The position numbers and the translations under genes were made by a program. A DNA stretch of 64,000 nucleotides from an uncultured Gemmatimonadales bacterium (GTDB taxonomy: Bacteria; Gemmatimonadota; Gemmatimonadetes; Longimicrobiales; RSA9), in NCBI GenBank assembly GCA_963708135.1, contig OY970192.1:1056001-1120000 (forward strand), given 5' to 3'. Positions 27,975 to 38,174 of this stretch are shown piece after piece. Position 1 is the first letter of the stretch. Each line of letters begins with the position of its first letter. The notes beneath the pieces are model-generated. The model did not search any database. It was given only the letters and a program-made list of their open reading frames with translations, and was not told where the DNA came from.

Positions 27975-29906
27975 ATGAGGCTGGTGAGGGTCGGGATTGC
28001 GAGCGTGAACGCGACGGTCGGCGCGGTGCGGTCGAACGGAGCGGCGGTCGTGCGGGAGGCGCGGGCGCTGGCGGAGGCGGGGGTGGGGGTGGGGTGCTTT
28101 CCCGAGCAGGTGATCGGTGGCTACCCGCAGGAGGACCTGGTGCAGTGGGGCGCGTTCGTGGACGCGCAGCGTCGGGAGCTGGACGCCATCGCGCGGGAGA
28201 CGGCGGAGCTGCCGATGGTGCTGGTGCTGGGGGTGGTGGTGGGGGTGGACGGGCACCTGTTCAACACGGCGGCGGTGGTGCACCGGGGCGAGGTGCTGGG
28301 GTTCGTGCCGAAGGAGAAGCTGCCGACGTACAACGTGTTCTACGAGGCGCGGACGCTGTCGCGGGGTGGCCGGGGAGTGCTGCTGGACGCGGGCGGGGTG
28401 CTGCTGGACGCGGGCGGGGTGCCGCTCGGGGACCAGGTGTTCGCGTTCGACTTCGGGGTGATCGCGCCGGAGGTGTGCGAGGATGCGTGGACGCCGGACG
28501 GGCCGATGCGGCGGCGCTGCTACTCGGGCGCGGAGCTGGTGCTCAACATCTCCGCCTCTCCCTACCGGGTGGGCGTGGTCTCGACGCGGCGGGAGATGCT
28601 GGCCACGCGGTCGGCGGACAACCAGGCGACGGTGGTCTACGTGAACATGGTCGGCTCGCAGGACGGGCTCGTCTTCGATGGCGGCGGCTACGTGTTCCAG
28701 AACGGGCGGCTGATGCTGGACGCGCCGCGGTGGCAGGCGGGCGCGTGGACGGCGGTGGTGGACCTGGACCGGACGCGCCGGCTGCGGCGGGAGAACACGA
28801 CGTGGCGCTCGGACTCGGAGGCGTTTCACCGGGCGGGCAGGCCGGTGGCCGTGGTGGGGTCGAAGGCGCCGACGACGTCCCGCGAGGGGCTGCGCTACCC
28901 GTTGCCGCCGGCGAACAGCTTCTTCCTGCCGGCGCCGGGCCGGCCGGGTGCGACGCCGCGGGAGTCGGTGCTGGACGACCTGTTCGAGGCGGTGACGCTG
29001 GGGGTGGCGGACTACTTCCGGAAAGCGGGCGCGTTCCACGGCATCGGCGTGGCGCTCTCGGGCGGGCGGGACTCGCTGCTGACGCTGCTCGTCGCCTGGA
29101 ACGCGGTCGAGAGGCTGCGCCGCGAGGGTACACGGGGGATGGGTGGGGAGCCGCCGTGGCTGGCGGCGTTCTACATGCCGTCGCGGTTCTCGACGGCGGG
29201 GACGCGGGATGCGGCACGGACGATCGCGCGTGAGCTGGCGGTCCCGCTGGTGGAGGTGCCGATCGACGAGGCGTTCGAGCGGGAGACGGAAGCGACCAGG
29301 TCGCTGCTGGGGGGCGCGGCGCCGAGCCCGGTGACGCTGCAGAACATTCAGGCGCGGATCCGCGGGGCGCGCATGTGGAACTGGGCGAACACGGCGGGCG
29401 CGCTGTTCCTTCAGACGAGCGACATGAGCGAGAAGGCGGCGGGCTACACCACGATCGGCGGGGACCTGGAGGGTGCGCTGTCGCCGATCGCCAACATCCC
29501 GAAGACGGTGGTCATGGCGCTCCTGGCGCGGCTCCACGCTCGCTTCGGCTTCGAGGGGATCGCGGAGACACTCGCGACGCCGGCGGGGCCGGAGCTCGCG
29601 GCCGACCAGACGGCGGAGGCGGAGCTGATGCCGTTCGAGGTGCTGGACGCCTGCCTCTATCTCCACGCCGCGGAGAAGCTCGCGCCGGAGGAGGTGGCGG
29701 CGGTCCTGCCGGGACTCTTCCCGGAGGCCGATGCCGGTGTGCTCACGGGGTACGCCGCGCGCTTCGCGAAGCTGTTCAGCCGCTCGATCTACAAGTGGGT
29801 GCAGTCGCCGCTCACGCTGCACGTGGGCACGCTGGATCTGGAGCGCGAGCGCGCGCTCCAGATCCCCGTGGTGCAGCGGAACGAGTGGGGGCTGAAGGAG
29901 GACTGA
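27975..29906 (+). CDS. nadE: Glutamine-dependent NAD+ synthetase
   Basis: Nitrilase triad (FPE, PKEKLPTY, VCED) plus ALSGGRDS, QNIQARIRG, GYTTIGGD. Confidence 0.92.
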   Translation: MRLVRVGIASVNATVGAVRSNGAAVVREARALAEAGVGVGCFPEQVIGGYPQEDLVQWGAFVDAQRRELDAIARETAELPMVLVLGVVVGVDGHLFNTAAVVHRGEVLGFVPKEKLPTYNVFYEARTLSRGGRGVLLDAGGVLLDAGGVPLGDQVFAFDFGVIAPEVCEDAWTPDGPMRRRCYSGAELVLNISASPYRVGVVSTRREMLATRSADNQATVVYVNMVGSQDGLVFDGGGYVFQNGRLMLDAPRWQAGAWTAVVDLDRTRRLRRENTTWRSDSEAFHRAGRPVAVVGSKAPTTSREGLRYPLPPANSFFLPAPGRPGATPRESVLDDLFEAVTLGVADYFRKAGAFHGIGVALSGGRDSLLTLLVAWNAVERLRREGTRGMGGEPPWLAAFYMPSRFSTAGTRDAARTIARELAVPLVEVPIDEAFERETEATRSLLGGAAPSPVTLQNIQARIRGARMWNWANTAGALFLQTSDMSEKAAGYTTIGGDLEGALSPIANIPKTVVMALLARLHARFGFEGIAETLATPAGPELAADQTAEAELMPFEVLDACLYLHAAEKLAPEEVAAVLPGLFPEADAGVLTGYAARFAKLFSRSIYKWVQSPLTLHVGTLDLERERALQIPVVQRNEWGLKED

Positions 29907-29913
29907 GCCGGGT

Positions 29914-30246
29914 CTAGACGCCGCTCGGCCACTCCTCGTCCTCGAAGCTGCGGGCGATCGCGCCCACCGTGTCCCTCAGCCCCTGCAGCTCGGCGGCGAG
30001 GTGCTGGTCCCCCTGCTGGAGCTCCTGGAAGCGGAGCTGGATCCGGTACCACGCGCCGCGCGCCTCATCCAGCTCCGTGCGGGCGGCGTCGGCGCGGGCG
30101 CGGACGCGCTCGTGCAGCGAGACATCCTCCGCCATGCCGGCGCACAGCTCCGACAGCGCGGCGAGCGCGCGCTCGACCGGCTCGTCGAAGACGGCCAGCT
30201 CATCGGCCTCGTGCGCCCCATCCTGCTTCTTCCGTTCAGTCGTCAT
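29914..30246 (-). CDS. Hypothetical coiled-coil protein
   Basis: GGAGG SD, ATGA-coupled to the upstream USP remnant, helical charged sequence. Confidence 0.55.
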   Translation of the reverse strand: MTTERKKQDGAHEADELAVFDEPVERALAALSELCAGMAEDVSLHERVRARADAARTELDEARGAWYRIQLRFQELQQGDQHLAAELQGLRDTVGAIARSFEDEEWPSGV

Positions 30247-30576
30247 GCCCACCTCCCGGGGTCGAGGTTCAGGTTCCAGTGCGGCAGCCGGGGCCGGACG
30301 AGCAGGACCGGCCGGGGGGCGGCACGCAGCACCTTGGCGGCCACGCTACCGAGGAACAGGCGGGCGGCACCGTGGCGCGCGTGCGTGGCCATGGCGATCA
30401 GATCGGCGCGGTCCCGCTCCGCGCAGGCGAGGATGCGCGGCGGGGAGGCGAGCGTGCGCGCGGGCGGCGATCACCTCGGCGTACGGCAGGCACTGCTCGA
30501 CGAAAGGCGAGCCGTCCAGCGGGACGACGATGGAGCGGAGCAAGGCAGCCTCCCCACGACAGCCGCTAGGGTTCAT
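30243..30576 (-). pseudogene. Universal stress protein remnant with an internal deletion
   Basis: RSIVVPLDGS N-terminus is joined out of frame near 30445 to [39 protein letters not shown]. Confidence 0.75.
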
Positions 30577-30798
30577 CTTCGATCAAGGGAACAGGCGCGT
30601 TCCGTGCCGCTGAACCGGAAGGGCGAGGTCCCGGCGCCGGCGCGCGGAACCCGGTGTGACGCGGTCGTTTGTGGCGCCCGGCCCGATCGCGGCCGGAGTC
30701 GCGACGGCGCGCGTGGCGAGCCGATGAGAGACAGCGGATGGGGCGAATCGACCGGGTGAAGGGCCAGGGACACTGGTCGGGGGAGAGCGAGGGCGACC

Positions 30799-31782
30799 AT
30801 GAGAGCGATGATCCTCGAGGAGCAGCCGGGGCGGCTCCGGGCAAGGGAGGTGGCGCCACCGAAGGCGGGGGCGGGGCAGCTCGCGCTGGCGGTACGGGCG
30901 TGCGGTGTGTGCCGGACGGACCTGCACATCGTGGACGGCGAGCTCGCGCACCCGAAGCTGCCGCTCGTGCCGGGGCACCAGATCGTGGCCATCGTGGAGG
31001 CGGTCGGCGAGGGGGTGACGGGCTTCGCGCCGGGCGACGGGGTGGGCGTGCCATGGCTGGGGTGGACGTGCGGCGAATGCGTCTACTGCCGCTCGGGGCG
31101 CGAGAATCTGTGCGTGCGGGCCCGCTTCACGGGCTACGACCTGGACGGCGGCTTCGCGGAACGGACGGTGGCGGACGCGCGCTACTGCTTCCGGATCCCG
31201 GCCGGTTACCCGGACGCGCAGGCGGCGCCGCTGCTGTGCGCGGGGCTCATCGGCTACCGCGCGCTGGCCATGACGGGCGAGGCGAAGCGGCTGGGCTTCT
31301 ACGGCTTCGGCGCCGCCGCGCACATCCTGACGCAGGTGGCGGCGGCGCAGGGCCGCGAGGTGTACGCGTTCACGCGTCCGGGCGACGCGGAGGGGCAGGC
31401 CTTCGCGCGGGAGCTGGGCGCGTCGTGGGCGGGTGGAAGCGACGTGCTGCCGCCGGAGCCGCTGGAGGCGGCGATCCTGTTCGCACCGGTGGGCGCGCTC
31501 GTACCGGCCGCGCTGCGGGCCACGGCGGCGGGCGGGGTGGTGGTGTGCGCGGGCATCCACATGAGCGACATCCCCTCCTTCCCCTACGAGCTGCTGTGGG
31601 GCGAGCGGGTGGTGCGATCCGTGGCCAACCTGACGCGGGCGGACGGCATCGAGTTCCTGGCTTTGGCGCCCGGCGTTCCGGTGCACACGGAGGTGACGAG
31701 CTTCCCGCTGGACGCGGCGAACGAGGCCCTCGACGCGCTGCGCGCCGGAGACATCCGGGGCGCGGCGGTCGTGGTCCCGTGA
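30799..31782 (+). CDS. Zinc-dependent alcohol dehydrogenase family protein
   Basis: CGVCRTDLH, PGHQ, CGECVYC..ENLC, APLLCAG, GFGAAAH. Confidence 0.9.
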   Translation: MRAMILEEQPGRLRAREVAPPKAGAGQLALAVRACGVCRTDLHIVDGELAHPKLPLVPGHQIVAIVEAVGEGVTGFAPGDGVGVPWLGWTCGECVYCRSGRENLCVRARFTGYDLDGGFAERTVADARYCFRIPAGYPDAQAAPLLCAGLIGYRALAMTGEAKRLGFYGFGAAAHILTQVAAAQGREVYAFTRPGDAEGQAFARELGASWAGGSDVLPPEPLEAAILFAPVGALVPAALRATAAGGVVVCAGIHMSDIPSFPYELLWGERVVRSVANLTRADGIEFLALAPGVPVHTEVTSFPLDAANEALDALRAGDIRGAAVVVP

Positions 31783-31952
31783 GCGCGGCGCCGGCGGCGG
31801 AAGGGCGCTCGGAGCGGCGTCCGCAGCCCCCGCCGGGGTTCCGACGGGGGCGGTCGTCGTGTGTGTCGGCCGAACGCCCTATCTTGCGCTTGGGAACAGG
31901 AGGGGCGGGCCACCTCCCCGCACCCACACCCCGTCCGATCGGAGGCCCATTG

Positions 31953-32951
31953 ATGCGCATCGACCGCCATGCACGCCGGCTCGCTTTCGCGGCTCTCGCC
32001 ATCCTCCCGGCCGTCACGTGCGGAGGCGGCAAGGGAGGCGGCGGAGCCGCGGACGGCTCGGCGACGGGGGCGTCGCCGGACGGTGCGGCGCCGACGGTCA
32101 TCCGGATCACCGCGGTGGCGCACCAGCTGGCCTCGACCACGGACACGGCCGCGCCCGGGTGGACGACGATCCGCTTCGAGAACCGCGGCAATGCGCCGCA
32201 TTTCGTGGTCCTCGAGCGGCTGCCGTGCGTGGCGCGCGACGCGGGCGGCTGCGCGCAGAAGACGGTCGAGGACAGCAAGGCGCAGGTCGTGCCCGTGTTC
32301 CAGAACATCATGGACGGGATCGCGAAGAGGCCGCTCCGCTACCCGAAGGCGGGCTCGACGCTGCCGGCCTGGGCCGGGCAGGTGGAGTATCTGGGTGGTC
32401 CCGGCCTCACCTCGCCGGGCCGGACCGCGGAGGTCACGCTGGACCTCCGGCCCGGGACCTATACCCTGGAGTGCTACGTGAAGACGCGGGACGGGCTCTT
32501 CCACTCGGCGGACGGGATGATCCGGGGCCTGGTCGTGACGGATGGCCCCGCCCGCGGGCAGCCTCCCGCGGATGCCGCCATGGTCGTGAACGTCGCGAAG
32601 GCCGGGATCACGCTGGACGGCGGCGCGCCGGGGAGCGGCCGGCGCACCTTCCGGGTGCGGTTCGCCGACCAGGGGCAGTACGCGAACTACGTCGGCCACG
32701 ACGCGCACCTGGTCCGGCTGGAGGATGGGGCGAACCGGAGGGCGCTCGACGCGTGGATGAACTGGGCGGTGCGCGGCGGGCTGGCGGAGCCGGCGCCCGC
32801 CGGCGTCGTCTTCCTGGGCGGCACGCAGGACATGCCGGCGGGCTCGACCGCGTACGTCACGGCCGAGCTGACTCCGGGCACCTACGCGTGGATCGCGGAG
32901 GTGCCCGGGCCGATGGAGAAAGGGTTGTACAGGGAATTCACGGTGGAGTAG
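31953..32951 (+). CDS. Lipoprotein with two cupredoxin-like domains
   Basis: Signal peptide ending AVT-C. Two related halves; the first has H...C-x9-H-x4-M (ECYVKTRDGLFHSADGM). Confidence 0.6.
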   Translation: MRIDRHARRLAFAALAILPAVTCGGGKGGGGAADGSATGASPDGAAPTVIRITAVAHQLASTTDTAAPGWTTIRFENRGNAPHFVVLERLPCVARDAGGCAQKTVEDSKAQVVPVFQNIMDGIAKRPLRYPKAGSTLPAWAGQVEYLGGPGLTSPGRTAEVTLDLRPGTYTLECYVKTRDGLFHSADGMIRGLVVTDGPARGQPPADAAMVVNVAKAGITLDGGAPGSGRRTFRVRFADQGQYANYVGHDAHLVRLEDGANRRALDAWMNWAVRGGLAEPAPAGVVFLGGTQDMPAGSTAYVTAELTPGTYAWIAEVPGPMEKGLYREFTVE

Positions 32952-32984
32952 GGGCGCCGCCGGCGGGCGAGCAGAAGGCGAGTA

Positions 32985-35669
32985 CTACCCGGCGTCCGCG
33001 GCCGTGGCTTCCTCCAGCGCGCCCAGGCACTCGTCGCGGTAGGCGGCCGCCTGGGGCGAGGAGCGGATCACCCTGGCGGCCGTCGTGAGCGCCGCCATGC
33101 CCTCGCGGGCCCGGCCCTGGCCGAGGAGCGCGCGGCCGAGCCGGCAGCGGGCCACGGCGGTGGCGAAGTGGCCGGCGGGAAGCGCGCGCTCGAGGATGCG
33201 AAGCGCCCGCCGCGCGCTCGCCTCGCCGGCCGGGAAATCGCCCTGCGCCAACTCGACGCCGGCCAGGGAGAGGTGGGGGAAGGCGATGAGGTAACTTCCG
33301 GGCTGGAGCGCCGCCTCGTAGATGGAGGCGGCGCGCCGGTGCATCTCGGCCGCCTCGTCCAGCCGGCCGAGGCCGGACAGCACGGTGCCGAGGTTCTGGT
33401 ACACGGTGCCGACCTCACGATGGTTCGGGCCCATCAGGCGCACGCGCGCCTCCAGCAGCCGGCGCAGGTCGCGCTCCGCGCCCTCGAGGTCGCCCATCCG
33501 GCGACGCAGGACGGCGAGGTTGTTGAGCGCGTTCAGCGTGTTGCCGTTCTCCGGGCCGAGGGTGCGCTCGAGGATGGCGACGCCGCGCTCGTACTCGCCG
33601 GCGGCCTCGTCATTCCTGCCGAGATCCGAGAGCACCTCCGCCAGGCTCTCATGCGCCATGCCCGCGTTGGCCGATTGCACACCGAATGCGACGCTGTCGA
33701 GCGTGAGCGCCTGGCGCGCGTGGGGCACCGCGTCGGCCGCGTGCCCGAGTCTCTGGAGCACGTCGGAGAGGCCGCGGTGGACGGCCGCGAGCTGGGCCGG
33801 TGGCACGGTGGAGTCGGCGAGCGTGAGGGCGCGGCGGAGCTCGCGCTCCGCGTCGGCGATGCGGTCGACGTAGCCGAACTGGCTGGCCAGGTCATTGTGC
33901 GCCTCGACCTGCTCGGCGACGCTCGGGTCGGGTGCGGCGAGCACGAGGGTGAGGCGGCGCTGGAGGAGGGCGAGCGCGGAGTCCGCGGAAGCGCGCTCGT
34001 GGGCCGCCCCCAGCGCGAGGGCCAGACGGGCCAACCCGTCGCGGTAGGCGCGCGAGACGACGCCGTCGTCACGCTCGTGGAGCGAGAGCGCCCGCGCGGC
34101 GAGCGGCACCGCCTTTTCCGACGTGCCCAGGTTCGTGTAGACCTCGACCAGCGCGTCCAGCAGGTTGGCCTGGATGCGCGGCCGGCCGCCGAGCTCCGCG
34201 AGCACGCGGCTGGCGCCGGTGTCGAGCGCTTCCACCACCGTGATGGCGCGGCCCCGCTCCGGGTTGGCCGGGGCGAAGGGATCGGGGCTGCGCAGGATCT
34301 CGATCAGCAGCCGCTGGACCTGCTCGGCGCGGTCCGCCTGCTCACGCGCGGCATTCCGCTCCCGCTCGAGTCGCGTGGCGTGGCGGATCGCGCTGCCGAC
34401 GTAGAGGAGCAGGAAGAGGAGCGCGGCCACGCCCGCGAGAGCGACCAGGCGGTTCCGCCGCAGGAAGCGGGTGGCCCGGTAGGCGAGCGTATCGGGACGC
34501 GCCCCGACCGGCCGCCCATCGAGGTGGCGCCGGATGTCGTCGGCGAGCTGCTCCACCGACGTGTAGCGGCGCTCCGGCTGCTCGCGCAGCGCCTTCTGCA
34601 GGACGGTGTCGAGGTCCCCGCGGAGGGCGCGGCGGAGCCGCTCCGGCGTCGTGCTGCGCCGGTGGGCGATGCGGACATCCTCCTCCCCGGAGCCGACCCG
34701 CGCACTCGCGCGCACGGCGGTGACCTCCTGGCCGCCGAGGCCTTCGGCAACGGCGGCACGGCCGCGGTCGAAGGGGCGGTGGCCGGCGAGCAGGAGGTAG
34801 AGCAGGATGCCGAGCTGGTAGACGTCGGACGCGGTGGTAATGGGCCTGCCGCTCAACTGCTCGGGGCTCGCGTACTCGGGCGTGAGCACGCGCGAGCCGG
34901 TGCGCGTCAGCGGCGCCTCGTCGTCTTCCGCGGCGTCGAGGATCCTGGCGATGCCGAAGTCGAGCAGCTTCACCCTGCCGTCCCGGGTGACCAGGATGTT
35001 GGAGGGCTTCAGGTCCCGGTGCACGACGAGCTGAGCGTGCGCGTAGCGGACGGCATCGGCGACGCCGAGGAACAGCTCGAGGCGCCGCGCGAGCGGCAGG
35101 CGCGCCGCGTCGCAGTACTCCGTGATCGGCGTGCCATCGACGTACTCCATGACCAGGTACGGCCGGCCGTCCTCGGTGGAGCCGCCGTCGTAGAGGCGAG
35201 CAATGTTGGGGTGCGCGAGCCCGGCGAGGATGCGCCGCTCGAGAAGGAATCGGCGGACGATGTCCTCGGTGTCGATGCCGCGGCGCAGCAGCTTAAGGGC
35301 GACGCGCTGCTGGAAGTCCGCGGCCGCGCGCTCGGCGAGGTAGACGGAGCCCATGCCGCCCCGCCCGATGCGCCGGAGGAGGCGGTAGGCGCCGACGCGC
35401 TCGAGGGGCGGCTCGGCGCCCGGGATCTCCGAGCCGGTGGCGAGCTCCTGGAGCGCCTCGCGGGCCGTGGTCAGGTCGGGCGCCCGGAACAGGCCCTCCG
35501 AGTCGCGCTCCGCCCGAAGCAGCGAGATGACCGCGGCGCAGAGCTGGGCGTCCGTGCCGCACCGCCCGGCGACGAACCTCTCCCGCTCCTCCTGCGGCCG
35601 CTCCAGCGCGGCCGCGAAGAGGCGGTCGATCTCCTTCCAACGTTGCCTGCCGGGATCGTTCATAGCCAT
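32985..35669 (-). CDS. Hanks-type Ser/Thr protein kinase with a TM segment and TPR repeats
   Basis: GRGGMGSVY, VALK, HRDLKPSN, DFG, TPEYASPEQ, TM, then TPRs (LNNLAVL, YQNLGTV). Confidence 0.93.
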   Translation of the reverse strand: MAMNDPGRQRWKEIDRLFAAALERPQEERERFVAGRCGTDAQLCAAVISLLRAERDSEGLFRAPDLTTAREALQELATGSEIPGAEPPLERVGAYRLLRRIGRGGMGSVYLAERAAADFQQRVALKLLRRGIDTEDIVRRFLLERRILAGLAHPNIARLYDGGSTEDGRPYLVMEYVDGTPITEYCDAARLPLARRLELFLGVADAVRYAHAQLVVHRDLKPSNILVTRDGRVKLLDFGIARILDAAEDDEAPLTRTGSRVLTPEYASPEQLSGRPITTASDVYQLGILLYLLLAGHRPFDRGRAAVAEGLGGQEVTAVRASARVGSGEEDVRIAHRRSTTPERLRRALRGDLDTVLQKALREQPERRYTSVEQLADDIRRHLDGRPVGARPDTLAYRATRFLRRNRLVALAGVAALLFLLLYVGSAIRHATRLERERNAAREQADRAEQVQRLLIEILRSPDPFAPANPERGRAITVVEALDTGASRVLAELGGRPRIQANLLDALVEVYTNLGTSEKAVPLAARALSLHERDDGVVSRAYRDGLARLALALGAAHERASADSALALLQRRLTLVLAAPDPSVAEQVEAHNDLASQFGYVDRIADAERELRRALTLADSTVPPAQLAAVHRGLSDVLQRLGHAADAVPHARQALTLDSVAFGVQSANAGMAHESLAEVLSDLGRNDEAAGEYERGVAILERTLGPENGNTLNALNNLAVLRRRMGDLEGAERDLRRLLEARVRLMGPNHREVGTVYQNLGTVLSGLGRLDEAAEMHRRAASIYEAALQPGSYLIAFPHLSLAGVELAQGDFPAGEASARRALRILERALPAGHFATAVARCRLGRALLGQGRAREGMAALTTAARVIRSSPQAAAYRDECLGALEEATAADAG

Positions 35670-35844
35670 GGGCGCCGCCGCTCGCGCGGGGTCGAGACGG
35701 GAAACGGCTCGCGCGAAACCACCGCGGCCTTTGGCAGAGGGTCTCGCGAGAATGCGAAGAAGATCCTGCCATGGCAAGGATATCGATGGGACGAGGAGGG
35801 CCGCGGCAGCCGCCGTTCGCGGCTGCCGCGGCCGTGCGGAACCC

Positions 35845-37011
35845 TCAGCCGGGGCGCTCCGCCGCCGGGGCGGCCACGCCGCTGCCGGTCGCCGTGGCGT
35901 AGCGCAGGCGGGCGGCCATGCCGCCGATGCCCAGGAGGCGGGCCGCCGCGCCGTCCTGGACCTCCTCGACGGTGCCGCCCTGCCGCAGCACGGCGAGGGC
36001 CATGCGGCTCGGCAGGTCGGGGCGCGCCTCCAGCGGGCCGCGGCAGCCGGGGCATGCGCCGGGCAGCGGTGCGCGGTAGAGGAGTCCACAGGTCGGGCAC
36101 TCGCCGCCCTCGACCTCGAGGCCGTGCAGCAGGAGCAGCAGGGCGACACGGAGGTCGTTCACCCCCGCGAGCACCTCGTCCGCGCCGAAGACGGCCCGGC
36201 CGCGCCCGGCCTCCTCGGCCAGTCGATCGAGGAGCCGCTCCTGCTCCGCGTACGCGATGGTGCGGGCGGCCTCGCGAACCGCGTCGCCCACCTGGGCGGC
36301 GGGCGCGATGACGGGCAGACGCAGCACCGGATGGAAGCGTTCACGCAGCGGGGACGCGAGCTCCTCGCCCAGATGGGCGAGCGCCTCGGCGGGGCCGCCG
36401 GCCAGGATGAACCGGGGGGACTCGCGGGCGTCGAGGCGCTCCAGCGCCGCGGCGACGCGCCGCACGTGCGCGAGGACGTGTCCCTCGTGGTCGCGCTGGA
36501 TGTTGGCCTGCGCGTAGCCGCCCTGCCTGTGCTTGTTGGGGACGTAGTCCCACAGGTCCTCGAGCTCGCGGATGGAGCCGGGGCCGGCGCGGAAGAAGCG
36601 GGCGCGCTCCTTGTCGAGGAGCACGGCCAGCACCGACGCCTGCCCGTCCACGACGGCGAGGAGCGGCCGCAGGTCCAGGTGCGGGCCCCAGTGGATGGAG
36701 GGAGCGATCCGCGCCTCGAGGGGCACGGCACGGAAGAACTGCCGGGCCGCGCAGGAGAACACGGCCAAGCCGCGCGGCCTTGGCTCGAGCGGCAACGCTG
36801 CCTCGGTCACGGTGCGCAGCTCCGCCTCGAGCCGCGTCCGCTCCGACGCGGGCGCCTCGGCCAGCGCGGCATGGCCGAGCCCGGCGATCTCGGCGGGCAG
36901 GTTGCTGCCCGCGCCACCCGACGGGTCGGTGGAGAGGTAGAGGGAAAGCGCCGGTTCTCCGCCGGCGTCGAACTCGCTCAGGTCCGCGACGGTCTTCTGG
37001 AACCGCAGCAT
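35845..37011 (-). CDS. Bacterial archaeo-eukaryotic release factor 1-like protein (baeRF/VLRF1) with a Zn ribbon
   Basis: LSLYL, RGLAVF, KHRQGGYAQANIQR, ILAGG, CPTC..CPGC, GGMAARLRY. Confidence 0.8.
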   Translation of the reverse strand: MLRFQKTVADLSEFDAGGEPALSLYLSTDPSGGAGSNLPAEIAGLGHAALAEAPASERTRLEAELRTVTEAALPLEPRPRGLAVFSCAARQFFRAVPLEARIAPSIHWGPHLDLRPLLAVVDGQASVLAVLLDKERARFFRAGPGSIRELEDLWDYVPNKHRQGGYAQANIQRDHEGHVLAHVRRVAAALERLDARESPRFILAGGPAEALAHLGEELASPLRERFHPVLRLPVIAPAAQVGDAVREAARTIAYAEQERLLDRLAEEAGRGRAVFGADEVLAGVNDLRVALLLLLHGLEVEGGECPTCGLLYRAPLPGACPGCRGPLEARPDLPSRMALAVLRQGGTVEEVQDGAAARLLGIGGMAARLRYATATGSGVAAPAAERPG

Positions 37012-37027
37012 GCATCCTCCCCGGGAT

Positions 37028-37705
37028 TCAGACACCCGCGCCCACCATCTCCTCGGCGTTCACGGCCAGCAGGTTGAGGACATCGGTGACGCCGGGCAGC
37101 GCCCAGGCGGCGCGCTCCGCGTCGTCGCTCTCCGCCGGACTGCGGACCGATCCCATGAGCGTGACCCTGGAGCCGCGCACGGCCACGGAGACGCGCGCCG
37201 CGTCCACCTCGGCGCTACGCCTGAGCGCCTCCTCGATGCGCCGCTTCACATCGCCCGCGGCGATGCGCGGGCGCACGGTGATCCGGCTGGTCAGGCCGCT
37301 GACGCCGGTGAGGCTGCGGACCGCGTTCTCCGCGGCCTCCTTCTCGAAGTTCCAATCCACCGCGCCGTCGAGCTGGACCCAGCCGCCCTTGATCGACGCC
37401 GTGATGCGCTCCGCCGGAACGCGCACGTTCCAGCGGAGCGCTCGGACGACCTCCTCGGCGAGCTCGGTGTCGCCCCTCCGACTCGCGTCGGGCAGGCGCA
37501 CGCTCAGCTCGTTGGCCACGGCGCGCACGCCGTGCACCCGCCGCGCGGTCCGCTCCGCCACGAGGATGTCCGCGTAGCTGAGCACGTGACCGGTGAGCGT
37601 GACGACCGCGTCGTGGATCGTGACGCCGATGCCCGCCGCGTCGATGCTCGGCTCGAGATCGAGCTCGGCCAGCACATCCCGCTGCAGGCTGGTATCGGAT
37701 GTCAT
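37028..37705 (-). CDS. Triple BON-domain protein (OsmY-like)
   Basis: Three repeats of V-T-L-x-G-x-V...GV..V-x-N/S-x-L/I. Confidence 0.88.
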   Translation of the reverse strand: MTSDTSLQRDVLAELDLEPSIDAAGIGVTIHDAVVTLTGHVLSYADILVAERTARRVHGVRAVANELSVRLPDASRRGDTELAEEVVRALRWNVRVPAERITASIKGGWVQLDGAVDWNFEKEAAENAVRSLTGVSGLTSRITVRPRIAAGDVKRRIEEALRRSAEVDAARVSVAVRGSRVTLMGSVRSPAESDDAERAAWALPGVTDVLNLLAVNAEEMVGAGV

Positions 37706-38174
37706 CTCTCCCTCCTCGTGCGAGAGGCAGCCCCGCCGCGCCGGCAGCGTGGAGGCGGGAAGCGCGGGTGGTGACCCGGGCGCGGACTCGCGGTTGGCGA
37801 ATCCTTCCCGGCCGCCCGGCGCGGCGGGGGCGGCAGCGAGAGGGGCAAGGCGGAGGCCGTCGGACTCATGCCGGCAGAACGCGGGAGGACGTTGCTCGGC
37901 AACGACTTCGCGGAGCGTGCGATGAATGCGCTCGCGCGGCGGGTCACAACGTCCCGGCGCTGGGGCGTAGCGTGGCGACAGGGATGCGCGCGTGGGGCCG
38001 CGCACCGCGGGGTGCGGCGCGGCACGGGCGGTGCCTGTACGTATATAAAGGCCAGGCGCCACTGCGGGGACGACCGTACGGCCCGGCCGAGGACGAGCCG
38101 GACGCGGGGGCCACGCCAATGTGGGCATGAGTGGATGAGGTGAAGAGGCGGACTCGAACACGGGGGAGGACACG

